This document shows, piece by piece, positions 1 to 13,245 of a DNA stretch of 64,000 bases. Source of the DNA: the human T2T-CHM13v2.0 reference genome, Homo sapiens. A program made the translations under genes and the position numbers. The notes under the pieces are model-generated. The model searched no databases. It had not been told where the DNA came from and saw nothing but the letters and a program-made list of their open reading frames with translations. The stretch's first letter is position 1. Each line of letters starts with the position of its first letter. The stretch lies in the NCBI RefSeq assembly GCF_009914755.1, contig NC_060934.1, one strand, 5' to 3'.

Positions 1-19
1 ACAAAATGACAAACGTGCT

Positions 20-612
20 GGGATGTTTATTTCAGTATTTCAGTGCTTTTGGGACAACCCAAAAATACATCAGTAGGAGATTAAATAAATTGTGGAATAC
101 TATGCAGCTGTTAATAGATAATCAGGAAAAGGTAGCAAAAGGTAATATGCTACCTTTTGAATAAGAGGAGAAATTAACAGCATGTATTCATCCCTATTTG
201 CTTAAATTTGCATAAAAAAGGACTGGAAAGATAAATAGTAAAAATAGTTACCTTTATTTAGGTCAGAGATTCTCAACTGGGAGACATTTAGCAATGTCTT
301 GAGATATTTTTCGTTATTACAAGTGGAGTTTGTGGGTGGGGTTGTTGCTACTGGCTTCTAGTGGATATAGACTCATTGTGCTAGTAAGCATCCTTAAATG
401 CACAGGACAACCTCACACACCCCACAAAAAAGAATCATCCAGCCAAAACCATCAACAGTGTTGAGACTGACAAACGCTTCCCTATGGGGAAGTAGGGCAA
501 TAAGGCCTATGGAGGTGATGGGCCAGGGTCAAGACTTCTCTGTGTATATACTTTTTACATTATTTCTTTGATTCATTTAAATGTATTACCTATTCCAAAA
601 TTAATTTTAAAG
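20..612 (+). mobile_element. Degenerate old L1 (L1ME-like) 3' fragment, interrupted by MER20
   Basis: Motifs ttaaataaattgtggaatactatgcagctg and aatgtattacctattccaaaattaattttaaa are typical of L1ME 3' ends. Confidence 0.55.
264..478 (+). mobile_element. MER20 (hAT-Charlie MITE)
   Basis: cagagattctcaactggg...gacatttagcaatgtcttgagatattttt...gctactggcttctagtgg...aaatgcacaggacaacc...aaagaatcatccagccaaaa follows the MER20 consensus. Confidence 0.85.
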
Positions 613-1033
613 AACTATTAAAATGTCAAGATTTAGAACAGCAGTTTTTCTTCATTCTCGCTATAAATTTTAGTAAGAATGAATAGCAGGTATGCTTAAA
701 ATGCTTTGACATTTTTCTCTAATGCAATGCTCTTCTGGATATGAAGGAACTCAGTTGAGATGCTGATAATGTTCTGGACACTCACGTACATTTTGCTACA
801 CAGATACCAAGGTTGGCGAATAAATTAAAAGCTAGTCCATTAGATTAGTAGGACCTGCCATGAGTGCTGTCGTGGGAAGGATTCTGCAGGCTTTTGTGGC
901 CTTAGCAGTAAAGACTGCCATGATAAATTAGTGATGCTCGCCATGGTCAAGGGATGGAAAGACATAGACACATGTTTCAGGCACCTGCCATCTTTGATTT
1001 ATGCAACCATATCGGCAGGCTCTTTATTATTTT

Positions 1034-1298
1034 AACATGTTGGAGAAAAAAACAATGTTTAGGCAAATCTAAGTTATATAGATAAAACTTAGACTTATAT
1101 ATATATTTACATATGATATATATATAAGTTTAGGCAAATCTAAGTTATATATAACATATATGTTATATATATAAGTTTAGGCAAACCTAAGTTTTATATG
1201 TGTATATATATATATATACACACACACACACGTCATATATAAAGTATATATATGTAATAACTTAGATTTGCCTAATACTGTTTTTTCTCCAACAGGTT
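1034..1298. repeat. Inverted repeat (about 40-bp arms) enclosing a TA-rich tract with direct copies of gtttaggcaaatctaagttatata
   Basis: 1034-1076 aacatgttggagaaaaaaacaatgtttaggcaaatctaagtta versus reverse complement of 1258-1298 aacctgttggagaaaaaacagtattaggcaaatctaagtta. Confidence 0.9.
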
Positions 1299-1348
1299 GT
1301 GTGTGTGTGTATATATATACATATACACACACACACATACATAGATAT

Positions 1349-1384
<36 letters not shown>

Positions 1385-1385
1385 G
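1297..1385. repeat. Compound microsatellite (GT)n(TA)n(CA)n(GA)n
   Basis: Directly visible. Confidence 0.95.
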
Positions 1386-3444
1386 AAACAGAGGTAGAGG
1401 TGAATAACAGAATGCTGTTGCAGCTGCAGGTCCTGTATTGCTAACATATAACCAAGCAATTGAGCTCTAAAACATAGCAGCTCCATGTGGTAGCTGGTGA
1501 CATGTACATCTTAGAGATGAAAGAACTGGAGTTCACATAGTTGGTGAGTACCTGAGCCAAAAGTGAAACTCCAGTCTGTCTGATCCAAAGCCTGTCCTTG
1601 TTATTATTCCTTGTAGTTCAACCTATACACATGAGCATATATAAGAATACTGCATATATACCATATAAATTAAAAATCCACCAGTTTTCTAAATTCTGAG
1701 GGAATTAAGAACAAATACTTTGATCCATGAGTTTCATCAGATAACTTCTTGTCATCTGGCACCACAAAATTATGTATTTCAGATGTTTGTGAACTTGAGT
1801 AACTTTGCTTTTATATGTCCCTAGATATTTTAATTTAAATGCATTTAAGCATAAAAAGAGAAGTGTTTTTTCTAGATGAGTTTTTATAAAATAGTTTACG
1901 ATTTTATCAGTTCCTTCAAGACTGGCATATTATTTTTAAACTGTTAAGTATTTTGAAGCCTAAGGAAAATATATAATCTAGACTTCCCTCCCTCCATTAA
2001 ACTCCCTCAAACTGGTGTACACATATACAAAACATGGTGATATATTTATGTTTTATAGATGATTGAAGAAAGTAAGGGCTAGTGATATCTGGTATCTTGT
2101 TTCAAATCATACTGCCTCTCTAGATCAGAGAAAGAACTAGTCAAATGTTCTTTCTAATACATCACCTGTGTACCCCACCACAGTACTGACGTGATGTTTT
2201 AGTATTTATTTAGTATTTATTACTTGGGCATCTATTATGTGCCAGAAACTATTCTAAGTTGTGTACAATGGATAGTAAATAAATATTCTTTGTGTGCCTA
2301 AACCTCAAAATGGAAACAAAATTACAAAGACATATCCAAATCCCAAATGAAAAATCAGTGTTTGGCATCTGCTATGTGTGGTTAGACTGCAGGAATATGT
2401 TTGCATAAACGAAAACACCTGCAGAATAAGGGAATGTCAAGGAAAAATAAAACACCCATTATAATCATAGCACACGTGGAGGAGTATATTTTATAACATT
2501 TTCAATTGTCTATTAGTACAGTGTGTACTTTAACATCCTTGAAAGACTTTTCCTTAGGCTGATAATTCTTTAGCAGACAGCAGTGTCTTCCTGAATTTTA
2601 GCAGTAGTAGCTTAAGTATGCTTGCAAAGAAAACAATAACCTTTCAAAATACTAAATAACTATATGCTATTTCATGGGATTTGGCATTTTATATCTGTGC
2701 TCTGCAGGCAGGCATCATATATATTTATTGCCAAATGTGTGGTCTGGGCATTGTTAAAGTCTCAAGGAAAAGGCTGATTTGGGAGAGAAGCAGCCTCTAC
2801 TGTACTAAACACTTTTCCACAGCTGGTTATCTAATCACACACTGGAATTTTATTGCCATTTTGTGGGTGTTTGTAAGTTTCCTGTTTTAAGCATTTATTC
2901 CTTTTTTCCAAGTGTTTTTTTTTAATTGTTCAACCAGCAAGTGGTAAAATGCAGACTTGCAAAATTGTTTTCACTTCAAAAAACAGCAATTGTTTCTACT
3001 AAATGTTCCCATGTATGGTATTTTGGAAGTCAGATGTTAATACTTCCTGGCCCCTCTATATAGAAATTTGGGGATTCATTAATGGGGAGCAAAATTGATG
3101 AGTAAATTTAAGTTTAAAATTTGATACACGAGTCATAGTCACTCAGTCATTTGGTCAACAGGCATTATTAACCTCCCTCTGTGTGGCAGGCATTTTTATT
3201 AAGGTAGAATACTTTAATCTTCCCTTTTTGATTTGACCTACTGGGATTTTCTAAAATGAAAAGAAAGACAAAAAAATAGCTTTGATAGAACCAGCTCACT
3301 GAGAAGACAAATCAGATAAGAACATCTGATTACATCGATATCTCTGTGCAGTGTTTGGGGACAGGGCAATATTTGTCTGTCACCCAGTAGTAAAGAAGGC
3401 ATAATTCACATGATAATGTCACCCTGGAGAATTTACTGAGTTAG

Positions 3445-3830
3445 CAATAAATTGGAAATAACCGGTATTTTAGTCAATGGAGGAATGGTAACATAAATTA
3501 TGTACTGTGAAATATAACACAACCATTATAAAAATCACAAGGCAGATCTCTATGTACTAAAATGAAAAGACAACCTCGTTATAAAGTTAAGTGAGAAAAA
3601 AAGAAGAAACAAGTTGCCAAAAATATGTAAGAAAAAACCTCACACCTACATAAGCATGAATTAGTTTATATAGGCTTAGAGAAAAGTCTAGGAGGATGTA
3701 CACCAAACTAAAGTTAGCGTAATCTGGGGTGGTAGAGGAGAAACAAAATGTTTCCCCATTAAATTCTCACTGTTTTAAAAAATCATTTTGGTACAACGAG
3801 TTTATAAATTAAGAAAATAAATATAAATGT
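3445..3830 (+). mobile_element. Old L1 (L1ME-like) 3' fragment
   Basis: aaattggaaataacc...ggaatggtaacataaattatg...gcagatctctatgtactaaaatgaaaaga...ttaagtgagaaaa. Confidence 0.6.
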
Positions 3831-4821
3831 GCAAAAAATGTGCAAAAAATATATATACTGAGTGAAGGACTTGCGCCCACCAGCAGCTAAACAGAGTGCA
3901 TATATGTGGTTTAAATAGATGAGAGAACTGGGAAGGGTGGAGGAAAATAGCACTGTGCCTGATAAATTTAGATTACTGCAAAGTGGATGAGTGTTAAAAC
4001 CATTTTAAAGCAACTATAGCAAATAATAAATTGGTTTCTTAAATAGTGCAATTCGGTGATTTGAATTAATCATTCAGCATAATGTCGTAAAGGGTTATTA
4101 TTCCTAAAACTTTTAGTAGCACATTGTTTGTCAGAGTAAGAAAAATGGTAATAGCTTAGATTTATTTCGAAGGATCCTGCTGTACTCTCTATCTTTCAGC
4201 CTAAATTAAAGTATCAGGCAAGGCTTGACTGAGTCATGACTTGTCCCCTGTCACTCATCTGGTCTGTTTCTGAGATAGTGTGTTTTATATCAGACAATCT
4301 GATTTTCTATTCTAGAGTAACTGGAGATCTTCTTGCTGGTGAAGGGTTGGAAAGAGGGAGACACATTTCCTCAGCAGCCATCTTAACATTGAGTTTAACA
4401 ATTACATAGTAGTCCTCATGGTTTTACCAGTACAGTTTAGTTGAACTGCTGCTCCACTCTATGTGAACTGTGGCTACTGTGTTCTGGTGTGAGGAATGCA
4501 ATTACTTGTATGTCCAGCACAATCATTCTCTCAGTCCAAGCAAGTCATTTGGCAAGCATGAAATTGAATTTGCTTCTAAATCCCAGGCAACAAATTATTT
4601 TCTCCTATTTAAGGGACCTCATTTTTCTTTCCATTTATGATGTTTTCACTTAAAAATAAGGTGACCAATTGTCTCTGGACTAAGGGATTTCCTGAGGGAA
4701 TTTTAGTGCTACTACTTGGAAAATACTAAAACATAGACCATCAACAAAGTAAATTCCTGTCAGTTTTGTATCCAAGAAAAAAGCGTTTATTGGAAACAAA
4801 ACAAAACAGAGAAATCCAAAG

Positions 4822-5313
4822 TGTATTCACTTCCTACTGCTGCTGTAACAAATTACCACAAACTTGACGGCTTAAGAAAACAAATTATTATTTTATAGTT
4901 CTGGAGGGAAGAAATCCAAAGTATGTCATAAAGTGCTAAAAATAAAGGTTCCAGCTGGGATGGTTCCTTCCAGAGACTCCAGGGAAGATCTGTTCCTTTT
5001 CTCTCCCAGCTTTTAGATGCTGTCAGCATCCCTTAGCTTCTGGTCACATCCCTTCAATCTCTGCTCCCATTGTTACATCACCACCTTCTGCCCCATTGAC
5101 CCATAAGGACAATTATGGGGTCATTGCTTCTCTCCCATAAGGACCCTTGCAGTTACATTTAGAGCCCACCCATATAATCCAGGATAATCCCCCTATCTCA
5201 AAAGTCTTAATCACATCCACAAAGTCCCTTTGTTCCATATAAGGTAACATATTTACAGGTTCCGGGATTATGACATGGACATCTTTGGGAGGCCATTATT
5301 CAGCCAACTACCC
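4822..5313 (-). mobile_element. MLT1 (MLT1C/D-like) MaLR solo LTR
   Basis: tgctgctgtaacaaattaccacaaacttgacggcttaa at one end and ccatataaggtaacatatttacaggttccgggattatgacatggacatctttgggaggccattattcagcc at the other. Confidence 0.85.
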
Positions 5314-5439
5314 CAGGTTAGAATTCTGCTCTGCCATTTTCTAGTTAGGCAAAGATGTAAGTATCCTTGAAGTCACATAACAAATATTTGTTGCTATTCA
5401 CTGCAAAGCCGTTTGCTAATTTTGCATGGGAAGCCATAG

Positions 5440-5660
5440 AGTTAGCAGTTCATTGGGCTGCAGGAGTTCAAATTCTTACTCCAGCAGCTGTTAGTTGTGA
5501 GAATTTTGCTTATGTTAACTTAAACCTTTTTTTTGCCCCAGTTTCTTCTTCTGTAAGGTGGCCATTATAAGAGAACCCACTTCATAAGGCTATTGTAATG
5601 ATATAACGAAGTATTAATATTGTAAGTGAAGAGCTTAGAGCAATGTTTGCCACAAAGAAA
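5440..5660 (+). mobile_element. MIR fragment
   Basis: gagttcaaattcttactccagc...ccccagtttcttcttctgtaag...cacttcataaggctattgtaatga core. Confidence 0.6.
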
Positions 5661-5672
5661 AGGCTTAGACAT

Positions 5673-6116
<444 letters not shown>

Positions 6117-7043
6117 TTAATTTTCACATTTCATTTGATTATTTTGGGGGTGAAGTTGATTTGTTTCTTTACAGATTTCTCTTTCCAGTGAAACTGAAGA
6201 GCTAGATAGATTAAGAATGCCTTGAGCCAGAGTAGTCTTTCTTCTAATGGATCGCCTTATTCAGAAAAGACTAACATTGTATAATAATAGTAGTTAATAT
6301 CTTTAACACGTGGACAACTAATTCTAATACTAATGTTCATTTGAGTATGTGTTACTATTTTCAAAGCCTTTTTTAAATCTGTTATATCTTGAGATGCCAG
6401 CATAGACACCTGCTCGAGGACTTCAGAATCTCCCCCTCTCAGATTTCAGCAAACACTGATGGAGGGGGCTGTGGAGAAAGTAGACCATCCACCAGGAAGG
6501 GCCACACATGCTAATGAATAAGATTCTGAGTCCCATACTGTGATTTTCTTTTTCCTGCTGAGTGAACAGCAGTTGGGAATGGGGGAGGAGAAGAACTAAT
6601 CAATCCTGGCTTTGTTTGCGTGTTATTTTATTTTATTTTTTTCCAGGGCAATCAGCGGAAGGGAAATAAACTGCTTATTAAAATGTTTAAAGCTGTACTT
6701 AAAGGCTTTTTCTTTAGAGCCAGCCAGATTTCTTTTTCTTCTCAATGTTTTTTTTCTTCTCTTCAAAGGTAGCAAAATGTAATCACATTCAGGGCACATA
6801 GTGGTTAGGGTGTTTGTGAAGCCAATGGAGAGAACGTCATTGTAAGCACTGTTCCCCCACCCTGAAGGACGGTGAAAACATGCTAAGCAGAAAAGTAACT
6901 TTATTTTTAGTGCTGAGGAAAAATAAAATGTATGGATGCTATTACCTAGATTCTCTATGTTGTTTTTAACACTGGTCCGCATTAGTGAGAAGCCTGTGTG
7001 TCTTTAAAGGCAGGAAAATCCAGATTTAATGGCATAAAAGGAA

Positions 7044-7507
7044 ATATATATACATATTATACATATATATAATATATATTATATATATACATATTATACA
7101 TATATATAATATATATTATATATATACATATTATACATATATATAATGTATATATATGTATAATATATATTATATATATTATATATATATTATGTAAAAT
7201 ATATATTATATATATTATATATATAATATATATAAAATATATATTATATATATAATATATATAAAATATATATATTATATATATAATATATATAAAATAT
7301 ATATAAAATATATATATTATATATATAATATATATAATATATATATAAAATATATATATTATATATATAATATATATGAAATATATATAAAATATATATA
7401 TTATATATATAATATATATAAAATATATATAAAATATATATATTATTAATATATATAATATATATATAATATATATATATAAAATATATATATAATATAT
7501 ATATATA
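7044..7507. repeat. About 460-bp TA-rich minisatellite / low-complexity tract
   Basis: Almost purely A/T; a 37-bp unit at 7044-7080 and 7081-7117, partial at 7118-7147, then recurrent tatataaaatatatatattatatatataata units. Confidence 0.97.
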
Positions 7508-9389
7508 GTCTTAGTTATCATTACCTGAATAAAGTTCAGGATTTTCTTACAATCTCAGCAAAATATAAATGTGCTTTGATTTGAGCATTCTTGAATTCCT
7601 AGCCATTCAGGCATGAACATATTGCAGACTCTAAAAAAAAAACCCTATTAAAACATTTTGCACCTATAGTGTCATGTTGTAACTGGTACCATAGGGTCCT
7701 TTCACATGCCTGTACATTTTTGTACCTGTGCGTTTATTAGCAAACAAGCATTTACTGGGTGCCTGCCATATTCCAGGTGTGGTGCCACAGATGGTGAAGG
7801 AGGTACCTTCAAAAGGCCTTCTTACTCTCAAAATGCTTAAAGTTTTAATTCAATAAAGGCACTTTCAAACCTGCTCTGGGCTACAGGCTTTTCCCATTAT
7901 GCCTTAAACACTTTTTCCCTGAATCGCTAATTCTAATGGATTAGAGGGTCTTTATCTCAATAGGCAAACAGTTTTTCTCCTGGACCCACCTCTGCCTTTA
8001 ATATTCCTTTGATTTTTCTCCTTGCTTCCCAAGGAGCTGATATCAATGGGTATCTCTAACACAATGCACTTGTCTCAACCCCCAAAGTGGCCTGCTCGAT
8101 AGAACAAAAGCTCCTGCTTATTTGAGAAAGTGATGAGGCCCATAGGAAAGGAATATTTCTGATGTTAGATGTTGAATTGGGGATTTGGCTAATGACCTAG
8201 GGTTGGTTTAAATCCATAAATTTGATTCCCTTTAAATTGGCGTTCAAATGTGTATTTACACAGATGTTCGGAAGCCCTGAAGTGGGCTCCCTTCAAAGAC
8301 TCAGATTCTGCATAGAATTATAGACATTATATACACCCACACCTGTGCAAACATGGCCGGGTGCTAAGGTATTAAACTCAGGTAAATAGTTAAAACTTCC
8401 AGTGGCACCTTAAGCCTTTTTCTTTCTTTTTTTTTTTTTCTTCATGTGAAGAGAGTAAGAGATCTTTATGTTTTTAGTCTGCAACAGAGCCTATTAAATG
8501 CCCCCTTTATGTGTTTCACTACATTAGGGGAAGACATACTTAAAAAAAAATAGATGCAGCCCTTGATCTGATCCTGACCACATCAAAAAAAGGAAAAAAG
8601 AAAGAAAATAAAAGAAAAAAAGAAACTCTGACACATGAACAAATAATTGAATATTACATGCCAAATTAACACTCTACCACAGATATTCTTACAAAAATGC
8701 ACATGGCAATTACAGCATGCTACTTTTATCATCTGAAATGTTCTTACCACCCTACTCCCCAATCCCTTTTATCTTTACCTTCCAAACCTTCATTTCTCAA
8801 GGTCCATTAAAAATCCCATACTGCCCACCATGTATTCTATTTCCCATACAAAAAAATTCTCTTTAACATTCCACACTAGTTTGCTTGAATCGCTGTTCCA
8901 ATACTTTTCATTGTGAGGTGTGGTAATTTTCATATATGCTTTATTTCTCCTACCACGTTTTAAGCTCCTTAGATCAGGGATATTTTCTTTGTGGGCCCTA
9001 TTAGCCACTGGCATATAGCAAATACTAATCATATATAGTTCTACGTATGTTACATGTGACACCTTTTTATTCCTCATTCCAGATGAATTAGGTACTCGTG
9101 TCATCCCTGTATTACTGGGATGTAAAAGTTGTGGCAGACATAGGGGAAGTACATTTCTTCAAGTAATCCAAAAATAGGGTAAATAAGTACCCTAAAGGCA
9201 TACATATACTAGGCAGTAGAGCTGGGGTTTGAATAGGTGTGCTCTTAATCATGAGACTTTTATTTCAGTCAAGAAAGGTAAGTTTGTACTTTCGAAAAAA
9301 CAACGCTCAAAGTTTGTGGCTTAAAGTAAAAACACCTATTTGTCGCTCATACCTATGTGTCAATTGTGTTTCTTTGCTTCATGTTGTCT

Positions 9390-9669
9390 TCAAGCTAGGA
9401 TCCAGCCTGAAAGAACAGCTATTTATCTGGAATATCATCAGAGGCTAGCTGTGTCAGCAGAAAAGAGAGCGTGGTGAATCACTTACTGGTTCTCAAAACT
9501 TCTGCCCAGAAGGAAGTGACACAAGTTATTTTTGTCCACATATTCTTGGCCAAAACAAGTCACATGGCCATACCCAGTTTCCAAACAGGGTGGGGGAGTA
9601 CTGTGCTCCCGTTTGCCTAGAACATGAAAAGTCTGCACTACTTGGTGAGCATCTCTAATGGTTACACCA
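9390..9669 (-). mobile_element. Old MLT1 (MLT1I/J-like) LTR fragment
   Basis: aaaacttctgcccagaaggaagtgacac...ttggccaaaacaagtcacatggcc...ttggtgagcatctctaatggttacacca. Confidence 0.7.
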
Positions 9670-10863
9670 GCAGTACTGCTCCTACCTCTACCCATCACAT
9701 CGTGCTCTAAGGCCCCATTCAGTTGCAACTCTCTTGGGGATGAAGGTTTGCTGAGGGATGATGTATTTGTGGATGTTTTTAAAAAAATAGAAATAAGGAC
9801 TTTGTTGAACTTGGCAAAAATACCCAGTTCAGAGATTAGAATTGGAAGCAAGGATAGGCAGATCTGATAACTTGGACCAAAGCAAGAGGAGGCAGAATAA
9901 TGGAAAGCATATAAGAAAAGGCTTTGGAGCAGGGAGGGTCTAAGTAATGGTTCAGCTCAGTAGCTGAATAGAAAGCTGGAATAAATTTCAAAGAACCAAA
10001 GTGATGGCTGAAAAGAAAATATGAAAAGTGAAAGAAATCTCTTCAGAGCAGGAATTCATTCATGTATCACACATGTGTTGGGTACTCACTACATGCCTAG
10101 CAAATGAGCTAAGCCCTTTTACCAATATTTTTATGGCATTTTATGAGATAAAAAAAAAGTATACCCATTTTACAGGTGAGGGAGCTTTGGTACTCATTGA
10201 ACATCACACAGCTGCAAAGTTAAGTGGCAAACATTCAAACCCTGTCAGTCTGGTGTCTGAGTTCAAATATGCTTAAACAAAGACCGCTGTCTAAGCTCAA
10301 ATTCACTGTCTTATGGAAAAAGTCAGTAAGGGTAGAAAAATAGAATTTATGTAATAACAACATTTGTCAACTTGGATAGAGTTTTGCTTCTAGTTGGATC
10401 ACAGATGTTATAAAATTTAATTGCTTGCTACTTCTCTACTCCAACAGTGTCTTTCTCAGCACTGTAACACAGCAGGTAGTTATAAAAAATCATTGAAGTT
10501 GTTACTATTTTTATATTTATTAGAACTATTATTTTTTTCATCAGAAATACCCGGGTCTATTACATTAGTTTCTTCTAGTGCTTTCTTTGGCTTGCAGTCT
10601 TAAGTAAATCATTCTGTTTTGTAATTTTGTAATAATGACAACTAGTCAGATCCATGCCTTACAGCAGCTCCTATATCTTTTTCATAAATTTCTCCAATAT
10701 AGAAAATTAGCTATAGAATTACAAGTAACAGAACATATACTTCTTACTTTAAAAATAGAAATCTTTACGAGTTGTTTATGAAAACTATAGTGATTTTGAA
10801 TAACAAATCATGAAAGTTTTTACTCAATTATAAATTTACACAAAAGTGTTTCTGTTGTCATCC

Positions 10864-11860
10864 TGACACAGGATCCTCTCAGTGCCCTTTTGCCAGCCGG
10901 AAACCTTCATGGCAGGTGGTGCCTCTGCCTGGGTTTTGCTCAAGCCTGCTGGACTCGTTCAACCCACTTGGCCCAACAGGCTGCACTTGGCTCACACTAC
11001 CAGTCCTGATCTGGGCATCTGAGCCAGGCATGTGGCAAGTGGTTTCCATGTTGGGTGCTTGCATCTAGATGAAGGGAACGTGGTGGCACCCACAAACTAC
11101 CAGCAACCACGGAGCCCCAAAGGGTGTTACAGCCCTTGTCTAGGGAGTCCCAAGGTTTGAGCCCCCAAGAAATGTTACAGTTCTGTCTCATTCCTGCTGC
11201 CCACAGTGTGGCAAACAATGGGGGAGAGGGGCATGTTATAGCTCATTGATGTTATAGCTCATTCATGTTACAGCTCATTTGTTCCCACTGCCCATAGCAT
11301 GGCAAACAGGTGCATGTCACAGCTCATTTAGTCCTGGTGCCCACAGCTCAGTAAACGGGAGCTTGTGGTGCCCAGCAGCTTTTTCTCCCCTGTTGTTTGG
11401 CAAGTGGGAGGGAGGGTTACAGTGTTACAGCACTTTTCACACCCACCATTTGGTGGGTTCCGGGTTCTTGTCCTATGATCAAGAAGAATGACCACAGAGT
11501 GAGCCAGTCAGGGAAGAATTTTGTTGAGCAACAGAAAACCTCTTTACAACAAGAGGGGACCTGAAGTGGGTAGCCCTCTGTGTGAGAAGGGGCCCGAAAA
11601 CAGGTAGCCCCATGTGTGGCTGAGTCTGGGATTTTTATGAGCTCAGAATGGGGGAGTGCATGATGATTGGTCCATGGATGGGCCTGGAAAAAAGCACCAT
11701 TCAATTGGCTAAAAGGCATCGAGAAAGGTCCCTGGTCATACTCTACTCAGAACTGGCAGCTCAGTTTTCAGGCTTTATGCTGTCTTTGGCTTCAAGGTTG
11801 GGTTTCTCTGGGGACCTACCTCTGTCTGCCTAGGAATTTGTCTGCCTCCTGCCACTGTCA
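10864..11860 (-). mobile_element. ERV1 solo LTR of the LTR27/LTR28 (LTR1/MER52-related) group, about 1 kb
   Basis: TG...CA ends; the minus strand starts tgacagtggcaggaggcagacaaattcctaggcagacag; 4-bp TSD atcc/atct; internal gttacagctcatt repeats. Confidence 0.85.
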
Positions 11861-12591
11861 ATCTTCAACATGTGTATTTTTATAGCAATATGGGTAGCTG
11901 TATTCTGACTACAGCAATAAATGAGATGTATATAAATCCTATGTTACAGTGCCTGGCCTATGTAAGTGCTCAAATATCACCAAAATTATCAATATAATAT
12001 CACTGACATTTTCATTATATTACTGATAGCACATAAATTTTAGCCCTATATTGAAGATCAGGTGTCTTGGTGATTTGGAGGGATCCGAGAATATAAATCT
12101 CATATCCTCTTTTCTCTTTCTCTTACTCTCTCCCATTTCTCTAATGCATGCCACTCCCATATTTTTCATCATTCCTTGCTGTGCCCATATAAATCAGTAG
12201 GAATCAAGCATGTACCCCCAGAGTATCTCATGCTAATCCAGATCATGACCCTGATATGATATCCTGGTTCCCTAGGGAATTAACCAGTTAATTAGTTAAC
12301 TTTCTAGAAAGCAGTATAGGGAAGTTAAGGGCTATAATGGTCCACTGGTGCATCTCATATTGCCCAGCAAGAATGGACCACAGTGAGATTCTTAAGCAAT
12401 CTCTATCTTGACAGTGTTCACCTGGCTCCATTTCAAAAGTACTTGTCACTTGTTGATGGTCTTTGTTTCCATTTCTTATACTGCCTGACTATGCTTAAAA
12501 TTTATTTTAACCCACTTTTCATTTTCTTATTCCTTTGTGCCACCAATCTCAACCTCCTCTTTAATTTTCTTGCCTTTATTCTTTAAGTCAT

Positions 12592-12911
12592 TGCTGTGGT
12601 TTGGTATGAATGTGTCCCCCCAAAAGCAGATGCTAGAAATTTAATACCCAATGCAACAGAGTTGAGAGGTGGGGCCTAATGGGAGATGTTTAGTTCATGA
12701 GAATGTGAGGCTATAAATTCCATCTCCTGCTCTCTCTCACCCTTTCTTTGCCCTTCCACCATGAGATGGTAGAGCAAGAAGGCCCTCACTAAATTTGGCC
12801 CCTCAACCTTGTAATTCTCAACCTCCAGAATTGTAAGAAAGAAATCTCTGTTCCTTATAAATTACCCAGGCTCAGATGTCCTGCTATAGGAGCACAAAAT
12901 GGACTAAGATG
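12592..12911 (+). mobile_element. MST/MLT1A-type MaLR LTR
   Basis: tgctgtggtttggtatgaatgtgtcccccc...gaggtggggcctaatgggag...ttataaattacccag...aatggactaaga. Confidence 0.85.
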
Positions 12912-13132
12912 GTCTCTTTATATTTCTTTCATGTTTAGCTTCAACTCTGTCCTTCAGCTCTGTTTGCATCTCTGCTTATCAACAATTTCCTGTATATCTA
13001 ATTCACATGGAGAGGATTTAGCTGGCACACAAGGAGGAGACTCACTTGTCCACTCTATCCTTAAACCAATGTCATTTCTTTCCAACTGGTCCTGGATGCA
13101 ATGTCAGCATCCTTCCCAGCATCCCATTGGAT

Positions 13133-13245
13133 TAGGGGACCAACTGCCCCAGTTTTCCTGGGATTGAACATGATTCCTTGGACACAGGACTTCCAGTTTT
13201 AAGGTGGAAATGTCTTCTGCAAACAAGGATAAGATGGTCACTCTA
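13133..13245. mobile_element. MER94-like hAT-Blackjack MITE
   Basis: Terminal inverted repeats taggggaccaact...gatggtcactcta and an internal ggacttccagttttaa motif; a second partial copy starts near 4657 (taaggtgaccaa). Confidence 0.7.

Noticed and set aside
1057-1198. Three 24-bp direct repeats with spacers resembling a CRISPR array
   Set aside because: Spacers are low-complexity TA sequence of unequal length, the context is eukaryotic and there are no cas genes; explained by slippage or template switching
1177-1486. CVCVY-rich ORFs
   Set aside because: Microsatellite translations
7057-7521. 154-aa Ile/Tyr-rich ORF
   Set aside because: Translation of the TA repeat; not a protein
8229-9178. 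CArG-like strings cctttaaattgg and ccaaaaatagg
   Set aside because: The A/T core is 8 or 7 nt rather than 6
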